A stretch of 64,000 nt of DNA. Origin: Podarcis cretensis. Lineage: Eukaryota. The first letter of the stretch is position 1. Each line of letters opens with the position of its first letter. Below the pieces are notes generated by a model that was given only the letters and a program-made list of their open reading frames with translations, did no database searches and was not told the origin of the DNA. Where the stretch lies: NCBI GenBank assembly GCA_951804945.1, contig OX638151.1:61132001-61196000 (forward strand), in the 5' to 3' direction. Positions 37,703 to 50,271 of this stretch are shown one piece after another. The position numbers were made by a program, and so were the translations under genes.

Positions 37703-37848
37703 CTTTGTCTGCTGCAAGGCTCTCTCAACTTTACTAAAGTCATTCACTGTATTCATGACAGATTGTGCCTTGCTTTCCAAATCATTCAGCTCACCCTTCA
37801 GTTTTTTCAAAGCCTCCAAATAGTCCTTAGAAGGCTGGCTTTCCAATT
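37703..37848 (-). CDS. UTRN: UTRN exon (DMD ex22 equivalent)
   Basis: 146 nt, tag|...|gtatgt; (E)LESQPSKDYLEALKKLKGELNDLESKAQ...ALQQTK. Confidence 0.93.
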
Positions 37849-40800
37849 CTACTTTCAAAATAAAAACGTAATGGATATGAATATTTTTTATTTATTTTTT
37901 AAAAAAGCCATACAGGGCAATTCAACATTCAGTCAGCAGAAGCATTTCATCTTGCCCTAAAGAATGATATCCTCTCTCCTCCCACCAAATACTGTTCTTG
38001 GGGCTCTCCAAACCACCAGAGCTGATTTGCGAGGAGAAAGAGCACCTCACTAACACACCAGAGTTGTGTTGGCTGTGTTCAGGAGTAAAAGCAAGCCAAA
38101 AAATCTTGGCTTAAAACACAATATTGTGTGTGAGATGTATGCAGGTGCACACAGTCCAATTTGGCCCACTTTGCATCTCTCTTCATGTGACCTGGTTAAA
38201 AAAAACCTCAAGAAGGGGTTAAGCTTAAGATTATGTCTGAATCAGGCATTGTGATTTGTTAGGATTGTGATTTGTTTCTCCCTAACAAGTTAAGATCACT
38301 AGTCAGTCTTAACGGTTTGTTTCTGACGTATGAACCCTAGCTCATTAGGGGAAAACAAGCAACAATCCCAAAACCTGGGCATAACACTAAACTATCACCT
38401 TCCTGGTTTTATCTGCTTGCATAAAGCGAGGCCACAGCAGGAGTAATTGGGCTGCTTGCACCAGCACATACACCTTATGATTAATCAAGTCAGATTCTTG
38501 GGTTTATTGCTACATGTGAACATGGCCACCATATCATTTTTGCCTTATTTAAAATAAAAGTTCTCCTCTTGACTGCATATGTGGGGTTGGCAGAGGTTCA
38601 TCTAATGGAAATTATGCTGCAAAACAGGACAGAGACCCAACTCCCCTAGAAATGTTGCAAGGAACACTGCCAGTTGTACATGGAAGCCACTGAACATTTG
38701 GCTGGATGTGCTGCTTAAGTCACATCTATAATTACCACAAGAGTGACTTCGGATACTGATAATCCCTTCTTTTTATGAGGGAAGGCTAACACATTTGAGG
38801 ATTAATGACAATTAAAGGGACACATCATATAGGCTTATAAAAATATCCATGCTGTGGAGTAAGAGATAGAATTTTCATCTGTCTCTCACAGACTCAAGAG
38901 TCATCCAGTTGAATTGACACAAAGCAGATACAGGATATACAAAATAACCTACTTCTCTGCACAATGCAAAATTAATTTATGGAATTCAGTTCACTGCCAC
39001 AAGATGCTATATCCATAGCTCAGGTGGCTGGGAAATGGCTTTAGGGAAATTCACAGAGAGGTGTTGCACAAATGGCTATTAGTCATGATAGCTATATAGA
39101 ATCTCCATGTTCAGAGGCGATAAATACTCAAGAACTCCATTTGCAAAAGTGGGTTGACCCAGCAGGGCCCTTATTATTATATATCAAGCATTAATCTTTT
39201 TGTCCTAAACCTCAATTGCCCTCCTGTATGTTTCTCTTTTATTCCATCAAATGCTGCAGGCTATAGCATTTACCTCAAGCATATTCTGACCTATATGTTC
39301 TGAACCAAGAAACTCCTACAATACTGTAAAAGCTCAGGTTATGCAGGAAACCAAAAGAAGAAAGCAAGGATATATATATGATTATAAGAATCAATCACAC
39401 TATCCAGTAAGTTTACCCTTTTTTTGGAAATTCTGGAGAAACATGATAAAAACATCAAGGTTAGTTTGAATAATGACAGTTTTCCTTTACATTAAACTAC
39501 ATATCTTTAAATCCCTAATTATGGAGTACAGCACTACGGTTAAGTTTTTTTAAAAAAATAATAATTAAAAAAAGCTTTAGGCAGCAATTGATAAATAACT
39601 GATTTTGCATTGTATTTCTGTGTTTGAAAACTGAAGGACAATGGCACAACATTGCACTTCTGAACTAACACTATGTTAAATAATAATATTTATATAATTC
39701 TTTTTGCTACTGCATTTCTCTGTTGAGGTGCTTCGGTTAAAAAATAAAAAAAGAACCAAATGATTATTCACCACAATATGGATGAAACTGTAATCCCTTT
39801 ATTGTAGACCAGGAACAAAGCATTAATAGCCTGGCAGAAGCATAACTTGGCAGGAATAGACCAAAGGAGTTCGCAAACTATTCTGCCACAATAGTACCTG
39901 AGCACATTTTTCTTAAAATACTATGGAATCTTCATTTTACTCCATTACAAATATACAGTTATTACCTTGTGGATATAAAATCAAAACTGCATAAAAAATT
40001 AAACATCAAACTGACACCAGTTGCCTGTGTATTAATCTGTTAAAAATTTGCAATGCATCCTTAACACACCATGAAGTTCACTTTTCAAGTTTGAAAGAAA
40101 GCTATCAGGCCTGGTGGGATAATAAATATAAAGAATCTAAACATTTCATTCCATCAATGGAAAGAGCTTCTGTCAATGGAACTCTTCGTCATTTACAGAA
40201 TGGAGCGTTTGACTTCAGATCCAAACGTACAGAAATACAAAGGAGCACAGGCAAATACTAACTGCATGGAAAAGCTGGGACCTAAAGCAACATTAAGTAG
40301 TTGTGTAAGTTTACGTGTATTGAAATTTTGGTTTCACTGGAGTGTTACGTTGACACTTACATTTTAAGCGTTTATTGATGATTTTAAGCAGTATTTTTTA
40401 AAGTATGGTGTTCATTTAGTTGCCTGAAGCAAATTATCATAGCAGTAATTTCACTAAATTCGTCCTGTCCAAGGACAATGAAAGAGAAGACAGTTCCTGT
40501 GTTTTTGACATACTGGATGGCTTCATACATTATACATAAAACTAAGTGCTACTATTTTAGACAGTGATATTTAAATGCTCTCTACATAGACCCCCCCCCA
40601 TAGCATGAGACTGGTAAGCTGACCTTGAAATAAATAATGCTGAAAGATAAATTTGTCTCTTTAAAATGTCGTTAAGTTATATATGCAGAAACAGCATATA
40701 CATCTTTTTTACATCTCTGTAGGCAATTCAGTGTTTTCCTGTTTTTCTCTGAACCACCTTCAAAATTAGTGGCATTTATAAATGACCTGCATCCAAAAAG

Positions 40801-41057
40801 TAGCAATCTAGGCATTGCTTTTATGAAGAAAATGATTTTGTTACATAGCAAGCAGAGAAATTGGGCTTATTCCTTTATGAGGAACTACAAAATCTATGCC
40901 ATGCTTCCAGCGAGACTATATAATTTATACACAGAATCTGTGGTGAACACAAAGCAGCAATTCTAAGGTTTTTGCTACAAGCAAAAAAATAGCAATATAT
41001 TGTAAGCGGGTAAGTGTTTTTTTAAAAAACACATCCACATGTTAAATAAAAACACAC

Positions 41058-41238
41058 CTTTCTTCACTTGCTGTGACAGACCCTCCAGTTTCTGTTGAGC
41101 AGACTTGAAGCGATCATTCAAAGACTTTATGTTTTCCTCAATAAAGTCTGGAGCACCCGGCTGGGATGCAAGGACCTTGCCCTGGGTTTTCAGCTGTTCA
41201 ATCCAGGGACTCAGACTTAATAGGTCATTGTGTTCCCT
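41058..41238 (-). CDS. UTRN: UTRN exon (DMD ex21 equivalent)
   Basis: 181 nt, cag|...|gtgtgt; REHNDLLSLSPWIEQLKTQGKVLASQPGAPDFIEE...QQVKK. Confidence 0.94.
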
Positions 41239-41366
41239 CTGTGAAAGTTAAGTATAAGCACACACACACAAGCATTAACATCATTTAAACAACACTGGGT
41301 TCCTACCACTGTAGGTTCAGTTTATAATTCCATTTTGTTTATGCATTTCACAATGAACAAATTTAC

Positions 41367-41608
41367 CTGGCACAACTCCTTTAGAGTTGTTAAAGTTTGC
41401 TGTTGCAATGATGAAGCAGACTTTTCTTTCATCCATAATTCTTTTTCACGCAAAGTCTTATCAAGCTCATCCATTTCCCTAAAATAAATGTTTACTTCAT
41501 CCTGGCACTGCACTTTTCTTGCAACTTCTTCCAAGTGCCAGCCTGCCCTTTTCCACTCTGCCAACAGCTTCTCAAGGGCATTTGCCACATCTTCAGTAGG
41601 AAGCCCTT
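41367..41608 (-). CDS. UTRN: UTRN exon (DMD ex20 equivalent)
   Basis: 242 nt, cag|...|gtaaat; (E)GLPTEDVANALEKLLAEWK...TLKELCQ. Confidence 0.95.
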
Positions 41609-41662
41609 CTGAACAAGCAAAAGAAATAAAAACTGTTTTGATATGCAGTATTCACCAACACA

Positions 41663-42028
41663 GGGGGACGCGGGTGGCGCTGTGGGTAAAAGCCTCAGCG
41701 CCTAGGGCTTGCCGATCGAAAGGTCGGCGGTTTGAATCCCTGCGGCGGGGTGTGCTCCCGCTGCTTGGTCCCAGCGCCTGCCAACCTAGCAGTTCGAAAG
41801 CACCCCCGGGTGCAAGTAGATAAATAGGGACCGCTTACTAGCGGGAAGGTAAACGGCGTTTCCGTGTGCGGCTCTGGCTCGCCAGAGCAGCGATGTCACG
41901 CTGGCCATGTGGCCTGGAAGTGTCTCCGGACAGCGCTGGCCCCCAGCCTCTTGAGTGAGATGGGCGCACAACCCCAGAGTCTGTCAAGACTGACCCGTAC
42001 GGGCAGGGGTACCTTTACCTTTACCTTT
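41663..42028 (+). mobile_element. Sauria SINE
   Basis: GGGACGCGGGTGGCGCTGTGG head, (ACCTTT)3 tail, 14-bp TSD TATTCACCAACACA. Confidence 0.93.
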
Positions 42029-42589
42029 TATTCACCAACACAACGATACATGCTTCTCTTTTAAGCTTACTTAGATCAGGCTCAATAGTAACAATGGTTT
42101 CCTTGTCAATCACTTGCAAACTGTAACATATGGAATGATTTAAGTTTACCCACATTCCATTTTTTAAATAAAAAAAAAAAAAGGTTTTTTTTTCTACAAC
42201 CATCACCTGACTAAGTCAGTTTTCTATTCCACAAATTTTCCCCAGCTATCTAGTGAAAAGAAGCATCTCACTAGGAATTCAGTAGTTCATAACTGTGCCT
42301 TTTCATGGTAATAGGTATATATTGGTATGCTAGACAAGAGAGGCAGAGCAGAATCCAAATACAGATGTAATTAACATATGATGAACCTGTTCAAGTATAG
42401 GTGCCTGCAGAATCTCCTCTTGTGTGCCAGCCCTAAGTAAGCTGCTCTGAGTACCTTAGAGTACCTTGCTCTGAGCACATGGGTGGATGAGCATGGCATA
42501 AGTCCAATAAATGAACATGCCAAGAAGCAAACGGGATGTAATATAAATATGTTCTTCTCCTGTCCCCTTCCACAGGAGATCTGGAGTAT

Positions 42590-42870
42590 GACATCATCAT
42601 CATCATCATCATCATCATCATTCTTCACCCATCTGGCTGGCTGGGTTTCCCCAGACACTATGGGCGGCTTACAGCATATATAAAACATAGTAAAATATCA
42701 AACATTAAATACTTTCTGATACAGTGCTGCCTTCAGATGTCTTCTAAAAGTTATGTAGTTCTTTATCTCCTTGACATTTGAAGGGAGGGCGTTCCACAGG
42801 GAGGGCGCCATTACTGAGAAATGGGCCTTTTCAGTGGCAGTTTCCTGCTTGTGGAATGCTCTCCCCAGAG
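42590..42870 (-). mobile_element. L2 LINE 3' fragment with (CAT)n microsatellite tail
   Basis: Closely similar to 13530-13730; (CAT)~10 at 42592-42621. Confidence 0.8.
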
Positions 42871-43298
42871 AAGGCTTGCCTAACACTACCTTTGCCTAGT
42901 TTTAGGCACCGAGCAATTTATTTTTTCTACCTGGGCTTTTGGCCCTTGACCTGGATGATTTTTAAAGTATTTCTGGCCTCTTTTGGTGGGGCAGGATTTG
43001 CTAGACCTGTCTTTTATTTGTATAGATGTCATTTCCATGAATAAAGTGACTTAACAATAGTAATAGTCTGGAATTAAGATGGACTATAATAAAGTTATCT
43101 TAATAAGAAATCAATGATTTCAACTCACTAACACTAGAATGTCTTTTGAGGTCTTGCAGCTTCCAGTGAAGGAGAAACTGGTGCTTTCATAAATTTTAGT
43201 TATTGCAGTTCTGGTGTTTTTTGTAGCTTCTGGAAACTCCAAGTTTTGACAAGAGCAAGTAATGCAAAGGACTTGCATCATGCTATTATTATGATTAC

Positions 43299-43386
43299 CT
43301 TTTCTCATTTGGTCCATCAGATTTTCTCCAACCTGGTTCAGTTCATTCAATGCTTTCTTTTTTTCAGTCCTTTCTTTTTCTATTGC
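43299..43386 (-). CDS. UTRN: UTRN exon (DMD ex19 equivalent)
   Basis: 88 nt, cag|...|gtaatc; AIEKERTEKKKALNELNQVGENLMDQMRK. Confidence 0.94.
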
Positions 43387-44853
43387 CTGTTAATAAAAAA
43401 ATAATAATTTCAACACTGAAAGTAAAAACCTATCTGTTAAAAAAGTAACTGGTTTCGCCCCATAAATTGCCTAGATATGAGTCCACCTAGGAGCCTTCTG
43501 TGAGCTTCTAATCCAGTCTTCAAAAGGGTGGAAAGTAAGGGTAATTTATAGTAAAATAACAAATTAATGCAGTAATTCTATGCATAATTACCTGCAAGTA
43601 TCATTCAACAGATACTTATTTATGATTAGGCACGTATAGAACACATTCGATGGGATGAGAATGCTTTAAAGTCAATAGTAACCTATTTTGAAATATTTTC
43701 CATGAACATGTTAACATTACTCTCTATAAATAAATTAGAATGTTTAGGTATTATAGCTCTCCATAATCCTCACATCTTTTCTGGTATCCTCTTGGTCCTT
43801 TTGTCTCCATCCCCATTCTTTATTTATCGCTTTCTACACTTTAGTCCTCCAGATTAGATATTCAAAGAAAACTTCTCTGCCGTACAGAGAAATCATGCTG
43901 GCACAGGCTTTAGATCAAGTCTTTGCAAAGTAACACGATACAGAACACAGACTGAAAGCTCTTCCGGTTCATGGAAAAAGAGTACATTAAGAAAGGCAAG
44001 TATCAAATCCACTTGCTGTGCCTAATGCTGAACATAATAATTGTTGCAACAAGTAGCTTGACACTTCTCTGGCAGCATTCTAGTATGTAGCCTTTTACAA
44101 GGAGATCTGTTATATTAAACTATAGAATTTAGCAATGATCCAGATAAGAGACATAAAGTTTTATCAAGGATTAAAGCAAACCAAAAAATATTTTTAAATT
44201 CTCAGGCACAATGCATTACAAGGCTTAAGGGGGGAGGGAGAAACTCCCCATGAGTCATACAATTTTATTCTGTCTGACAATGTGAGAAAACTATTTCATA
44301 TGGGATGTACTTTCAGGTTTCTCTGTGGTGGTGTAATTAATTAAGCTATTTAAAGTTAACTTACACAGGCATTAACAAGACTCCAATTATCTAACCCACA
44401 GAATACTTTGATCTCTGGTCTTCACAGGGTATGTGGAAAGGTTATTAGATGCCTCTCTGGGCTGAAATCAAGACTTTGCCATGGTTCTCAGTTTTACAGA
44501 AATATCAGGGGAGAATTCCTGCTGGGTCCATTTCTAAGAATAAATTGTCTTTAAAATGTGCTACAACTCACAATGTGCAGCTTCCTCTTCTAAAACGAAA
44601 ATGGAAAATAGTATGAGGAGGGAAAAAGGAAAGGAAATGCCCATTAAAGCTCTAAGGATGTCCTGCCACAACTTCAACAGTATTGTTTATAACCAGTATA
44701 GAGGACTGAACCTTGGCCAAACTCTAAAGATTTTTAATAATGGAACTTAATCCACAGGAAGCTACCAGATCAGACTCTACCCCCAGCTGACAGCAAGCTT
44801 AAGCTGACAAAATAACCTTTTCAGTGAAAATGCCTCCCCGTTTCTCACTTTAC

Positions 44854-44977
44854 CTTCAGTTTCTCTTTCATGTCTGAAGTCTCTCTCATCTTCCTGTACT
44901 CTTTGATCTCTATGGCCTGAATGGCAGCTTTTGATTTCAAAATCCAGTTCAACAGCTCAGCAATTTCAGAATCAAGC
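44854..44977 (-). CDS. UTRN: UTRN exon (DMD ex18 equivalent)
   Basis: 124 nt, tag|...|gtaaag; [41 protein letters not shown]. Confidence 0.95.
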
Positions 44978-45164
44978 CTAGTATAAGAGATTGAATAATA
45001 TTTTCTTATATTTCTTCTCCATTCAGTCGTCATCTTTTTTTCTTAAAATGCAACCCTCAGTCTACCCTGAAGTAACATGTTCATGCACATAAAATGTTTT
45101 CTAGCGTAGTCTTGAATGCTTGAAGAATCCTCAGATTTTACCAGATCAGCAATATGGCACTCGC

Positions 45165-45194
45165 CTGGCTTCCTGTGCCAAACTGTAGTGATCT
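45165..45194 (-). CDS. Candidate 30-nt microexon with GC donor
   Basis: ttttgctcctctttccttag|AGATCACTACAGTTTGGCACAGGAAGCCAG|gcgagt; frame-preserving in a phase-2 intron; TGCATG on both sides. Confidence 0.45.
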
Positions 45195-45670
45195 CTAAGG
45201 AAAGAGGAGCAAAATAACTGTTGCTTCATGCACTCTCTATCACCTGTATCTAGAGTCAGACAGGCCTAGAGAGGGCAGATGCAGCAACTGCTACAATGAC
45301 TTGCTGTGTTTCCCTGACCTAGAGCAAAATAATGGACTGTGAATGGTTGCTGCACCTGCTCACTCACTTGCTGATTTTCTCTCAGCAGAAGAAATGAGCT
45401 GCAGTACTTTGAGACCAAAAGGAGCCACACACAGGGCAGCAGTGGAGAAGAGTGGGGAACAACAAACATTTACTGTACATGCGCTGAGCAGCCTACCCAC
45501 CCAAATACCCATCCTTCTATCCTTATTTGCAAGACTGCAAATAATTTTTCATACAGAGTTCTAAATAGGACAAAAAAAAACAGACAACAGCAGTATTTTA
45601 CAATGCTGCATTTTTTTTACCATTGCCTCTTGATTGAGAAAACACAACAACAATGAAAAAAACCCCTCAC

Positions 45671-45846
45671 TTTTTCTTTGCCTCAGTATCAAGGCAGGCT
45701 TGTCTTTTCTTTGATGGAGGTAGAGGTGGAACAAATTCTTCCTCTTTGGGATGTTTAACTGTTCTTTGCTCTTTAAAAAGGACGGTTTCTGTGATTACTT
45801 TCTGTGAAATCTGGGCCGGTTCAGCATTTGCAACTGCCTGAGTAAC
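45671..45846 (-). CDS. UTRN: UTRN exon (DMD ex17 equivalent), hinge 2
   Basis: 176 nt, aag|...|gtgagg; VTQAVANAEPAQISQK...EEFVPPLPPSKKRQACLDTEAKK. Confidence 0.93.
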
Positions 45847-46841
45847 CTTAAGGGGTAAATTGAAGAGGACATCAATGTAGATGAAACGAAATTATACAAT
45901 ATGCCATCTTTGTACAAGAGATAAATGCAGCTAATAATAACAGTAACACTAATCACTTCAGATATGATCCAGATGAAGTTAAGTGGTTTTAGACCAATTA
46001 ATTTCACTGAGAACATTAAGCATGTGATTTACTGCCTTCCATTGGTTTTGAAGGAACTTAAACCGCAGCTTCATTCATTTTTTTATCCTGGCTCTCCCCT
46101 CTGAAGAGCTCAGGGTTGGATAAAAAATGATCACACATTAGCCTTTTATCCTTATACCAACATGAGGTTAGTTAGCCTGAGAGATGGTAACTGGGTCAAG
46201 GTCACTCTGTCACTGTCCAGCCCATCACTGATTCTGCACTGGTCCAGAATCATCTTTATAAGTCAAGATACAAACAAGCTTCATGCAGCCACATGTAGTG
46301 ACTTCACTCCTCTCTTTGCTTGCAAACAAACCAAGAAGTCTAGTTTAACCTTAGCTTCCAATTATGTCCAAACTGGAAAACTATGGTTAATAGCTTCCAA
46401 TAAGCTAGGAGACAAACAATTGACAATTAAACTTTGCATTTAAACTTTGCTTAAGTGCAGTAGATGTGAGGTTTGCTCAATCTGTTTATTAAACTGAGAT
46501 ATGATCATTTTGCTTGTGATTTTTAAAGGATGCTTCTGGGAAACTTCACAATCTGTTTTGCACAGTACTATTTTGAATTACTCAGCCAACTCACTATTCA
46601 ATTTGTCTCTAAATCAAGCGCAGATTAGAACTAGACTTTCAGATTTTCTAATCAGATTAGAATTCAAGCCTGAAAAGGACCAATTTACTTCCTTCTCCCC
46701 CCCCCCGCCCCTCTTTTATTTTAAACACCTTTAAGAAAAGACCTTCAGGCTTCTTTATTAGTTTTACTTTTATAGGTCAACATTCATGTATTAGTGAAAG
46801 ACATTTGGAAGGTGTAAAGGGATAGTAATATTTTATGGTAC

Positions 46842-47021
46842 CTGAGTGGAGTAATCCTCAAGTTTCTGAACTAAACTGTCCCACTTCTGTGTTAGTTCTT
46901 CCAGATCACTGTCAATTTTCTTCAGTGCCTTCTTGTTGTTGAGAAGTTGTGCCACATCCTGGGACACCTCATTCAGCTGTTCTAATGTTCGACGCTTCAT
47001 TTCCATATCTTCTTTGAGAAT
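46842..47021 (-). CDS. UTRN: UTRN exon (DMD ex16 equivalent)
   Basis: 180 nt, cag|...|gtacca; [27 protein letters not shown]...[14 protein letters not shown]. Confidence 0.96.
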
Positions 47022-47279
47022 CTGACATTGTGAAACAAGAGCAGCCATTCCCTTTTAAAGGCACAATTCTGCTCAAATTTCCCATTCTAATAAAGTATAT
47101 TCTTAGAAAATAAAATTGTGAAAATGTCCCTAATAGTTTTGCTGGTAGTTTTTTTTTTTTTAATACATTTGCTAAAATACTATGCCTGTTCAGGTATTCA
47201 GTATCTATGTGCAATCTCTGTGAAAAAGCCAGCAGGAATGCCCATGGCATGTGTGCTAGCCATGCCCACCTCACCAACA

Positions 47280-47440
47280 CAGAATCATAGAACTGTAGAG
47301 GTGGAAGGGACCCCATGGGTCATCTAGTCCAACCCCCTGCAAAATGCAGGAATCTCAACTAAAGCATCCAAGACAGAAGGCCATCCAACCTCTGCTTTAA
47401 AACCTCCAATGAAGGAGGATCCACAAACTCCCAAGAGAGT
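47280..47440 (-). mobile_element. CR1 3'-tail fragment
   Basis: AGAATCATAGAA..GGAAGGGACCCC..CATCTAGTCCAACCCCCTGC, homologous to 545-680. Confidence 0.8.
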
Positions 47441-48454
47441 CAGGATTATCTGAAGGGGGCGCTGCTTCTCTATGCCTAAAGTCTCAACTGGGAGAGGAAC
47501 CCTGATTGGTCAGCATTTCGGTCCCCACTACTGAAAACCTTACACTACGGCTAATACCAATTGTGCATTATAGACAGGGTTGTGACCAGCATGTGATGCA
47601 TCACGGAGCCCTGTGCATTTCCACTGGCCCCTTCACACTCTGTAAACACAAGCTTTGGTTTCACTGAAAACTGGGAAGAGCCTTGAGTAGCATGCACATA
47701 TGAAGCTATTGTCAAGATTCAGAAGTCCTAAGGCATACACAGAAATTTTGAAGCATTTGTGGTGCTTCGCACGTGACAAGGGGCTTCTCCATTTACTTCA
47801 TCACTGAGAACAATATTACACAGTCTCCCTTTTACTTTCCCCCTTGAAGTAAAAGGGAAATTGCTTGCTTGAGTGAAAGCTGTGGCTGCTTCAAAAACCA
47901 AGAAAGCTCAAGATCATTATTTGTGTATACAACAGATTGGGCTGAGGAACCTGTGGCCCTCCAAATGTCACTACACTCTATATCCCATCAGCTCAAGCCA
48001 GCATGGCCAACAATCAGGGGTGATAGGAGTTGGTGTTGAGCAACATCTCACAAGTTCTCCATTCCCGCAACAGAATTACTAGGTACTTATCGACTGCTGT
48101 ATCACATAGTCTTAAGGAGGGCCTTCTCCCATATCAATTTGCCCATGCATTAAGATTAGAGGATGCCCTCCATTTTCCATCTTTAGGAGAAGCACATCAT
48201 GTATGTATAAAAGATAGGAGCTTTTTTCTCATATGTCCTCAGCTGTAGACAGAGGTACTATTGGCACCAACAATGTATGTTCTTTAGAACCAGATTAAAA
48301 CATTTTCTATTTGCCCAGGAATTTTAAGTTATGTTACTTTCAGCTGGTTGAGTGGTTTTATGCCTCTTAATTCTATTGTATTGCTGGTTCTGTTGTGTAA
48401 TGCAAATAATGTAACACAGATTTTTAAATATCTTTGCAAATTTAATTCTTTGTA

Positions 48455-48523
48455 ATTCAGGCATTCTAGTGTCAGATGCTTCATTCTCATATCTCCTTTG
48501 AGAATCTGATGGTGAAACAACAG
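48455..48523 (-). pseudogene. Degenerate partial duplicate of the acceptor and first 51 nt of the 46842-47021 exon
   Basis: ILKGDMRMKHLTLECLN vs [17 protein letters not shown]; 41/51 nt identical; matching acceptor context (ttgtttcac...tcag|att). Confidence 0.8.
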
Positions 48524-48883
48524 TATCCACAAGAATTTGTCTTGGACTACTGCCTTCATACTTGCTTTTCAATAAGCGCCACTTTCAATTTGTACACTCT
48601 CTAGCAAATTTGCATGAACTGAACAGTCACATGCTTTTCACAAAATAGCATGTTGTGATTTTCACACTGCATTCTTCAGCTACAAGTGAAACCCACAAGT
48701 ATTAACCTATGTCTTTGGAAAGTAATTTGAAAACTTGGTAGACCATGAAATTAGCACTAGGATGAAACAAGGATGATACTCTAGCACTGCAGAGAAAATG
48801 CCCAATTGACAATAGGGAGTAGAACAGGATGAAACATTTAAGGTTATGATGCTATTTTCAAATGCAAACCAAGTAATACTCAC

Positions 48884-48991
48884 TGCCAGCTTTCGAACAT
48901 TCACACCAAGCTCTTTTTGATCTTTGAAGTTGCTTGTTTGCACCTGGTTTAAACTATCTTCTTTCTCAATTAGCCAGGCTTTCAACAAACA
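48884..48991 (-). CDS. UTRN: UTRN exon (DMD ex15 equivalent)
   Basis: 108 nt, cag|...|gtgagt; [36 protein letters not shown]. Confidence 0.96.
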
Positions 48992-49059
48992 CTGCACAAG
49001 AGACAACACATTTTAAAAAACAACAACACCAAGAGAATATTTACACAATTCTCCTGCAT

Positions 49060-49510
49060 TTTGTTTTTATTTATTAAATTTGTATACCGCCCTTCATCCA
49101 TAGATCTCAGGGCAATTCACCACATAAAAATACAATATAAAAACACAAAAGACATGATGAAAACAGTAACAAAAGGGGGGGACCAATAACCCCCTCTCCC
49201 TCCCACAAAGACATTTAAAAGGGTTGTAAGATATTTAAGATGTTAATCAGCCAAAGGCCTGGTTGAAGAACTTTTTTGCCTGGTGCCTAAAGGTGTATAA
49301 TGAAGGTACCAGCCAAACCTCCCCGGGGAGAGCATTCCACAGATGGGGAGCCACTGCAGAAAAGCCTTGTTCTCATGTTGCCACCCTCCAGACCTTCCAT
49401 GGAAGAGGCACACAAAATAAGGTCTCAGATGATGATCTCAGGGTCTGGCTAGGTTCATACGGAGAGAGACGGTCCTTGAGGTACTGCAGTTCTGAGCCAT
49501 TTGAGGCTAT
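49060..49510 (-). mobile_element. L2-type LINE 3' fragment
   Basis: GGGAGAGCATTCCACAGATGGGGAGCCACTGCAGAAAAG motif (reverse of FSAVAPHLWNALP); tttattta tail. Confidence 0.75.
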
Positions 49511-50271
49511 ATTTTGTTAATCATCTTCATTGCAACACTACTTTGGCATTACACCAGCACTTTGTCTTCTTCTTATTGGTTGGCACACCTGTCTTGTTCT
49601 CATTCGTTCAAAAAAACCCCACAACTAGGTAAAATGCCATCTTCCATTTTTTTTGACAGAACAAGTGTCATTCTACTTACAAGAGCATTCTTTTGTGGAG
49701 TATCTTAAAACTGAATATAGCCTATAAGTCCATTGCTTTGTAAACTAATATGAGACCCAAGTTAAATCCAGACAAATGCAACATCTGTAAGCTCATGATT
49801 TCACAAATCAGTACCAAATTAGTACATAGACTCAAAATTAATTAAATCTACCCAGGAAGATTATTTTGTAAGTTTTTAGTATCCATAGCAGATATTTTTT
49901 CTCACTTCTACAATGGCATGTTTAGCAGACAATATTTAGCTCTGCAAACCAAGAACCAACTCAAAGGGCCATAGCTGTCCTATTCGATCTACTCAGCAAG
50001 CAACAAATTTTGTCCTTAAAGAACCAAGGCAGAAACTAAGCCTCCCACTCCAATCATTGAAGTAAGTAATCCATCAAACATATCTATTAGTGTTCTTTAT
50101 TGGGACTGGACTATTTCAAAATACTCCAAGATCATAGAAAGAGCTAGTATTAGTAATCCTAGTAAGAGCTACACTCAGTTACAGAAAGGAACTAAGACAC
50201 AACTTTTTGCATTCTTGTGAAAAATCACACAAGTTTCTTCAGACAGAATATTTTATACTGAATTGACACAG

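Noticed and set aside
41663-41760. tRNA gene
   Set aside because: It is the tRNA-derived head of a Sauria SINE; no complete cloverleaf.
42371-42688. Poly-D/poly-M/poly-S ORFs
   Set aside because: Translations of the (CAT)n tail of an L2 fragment.
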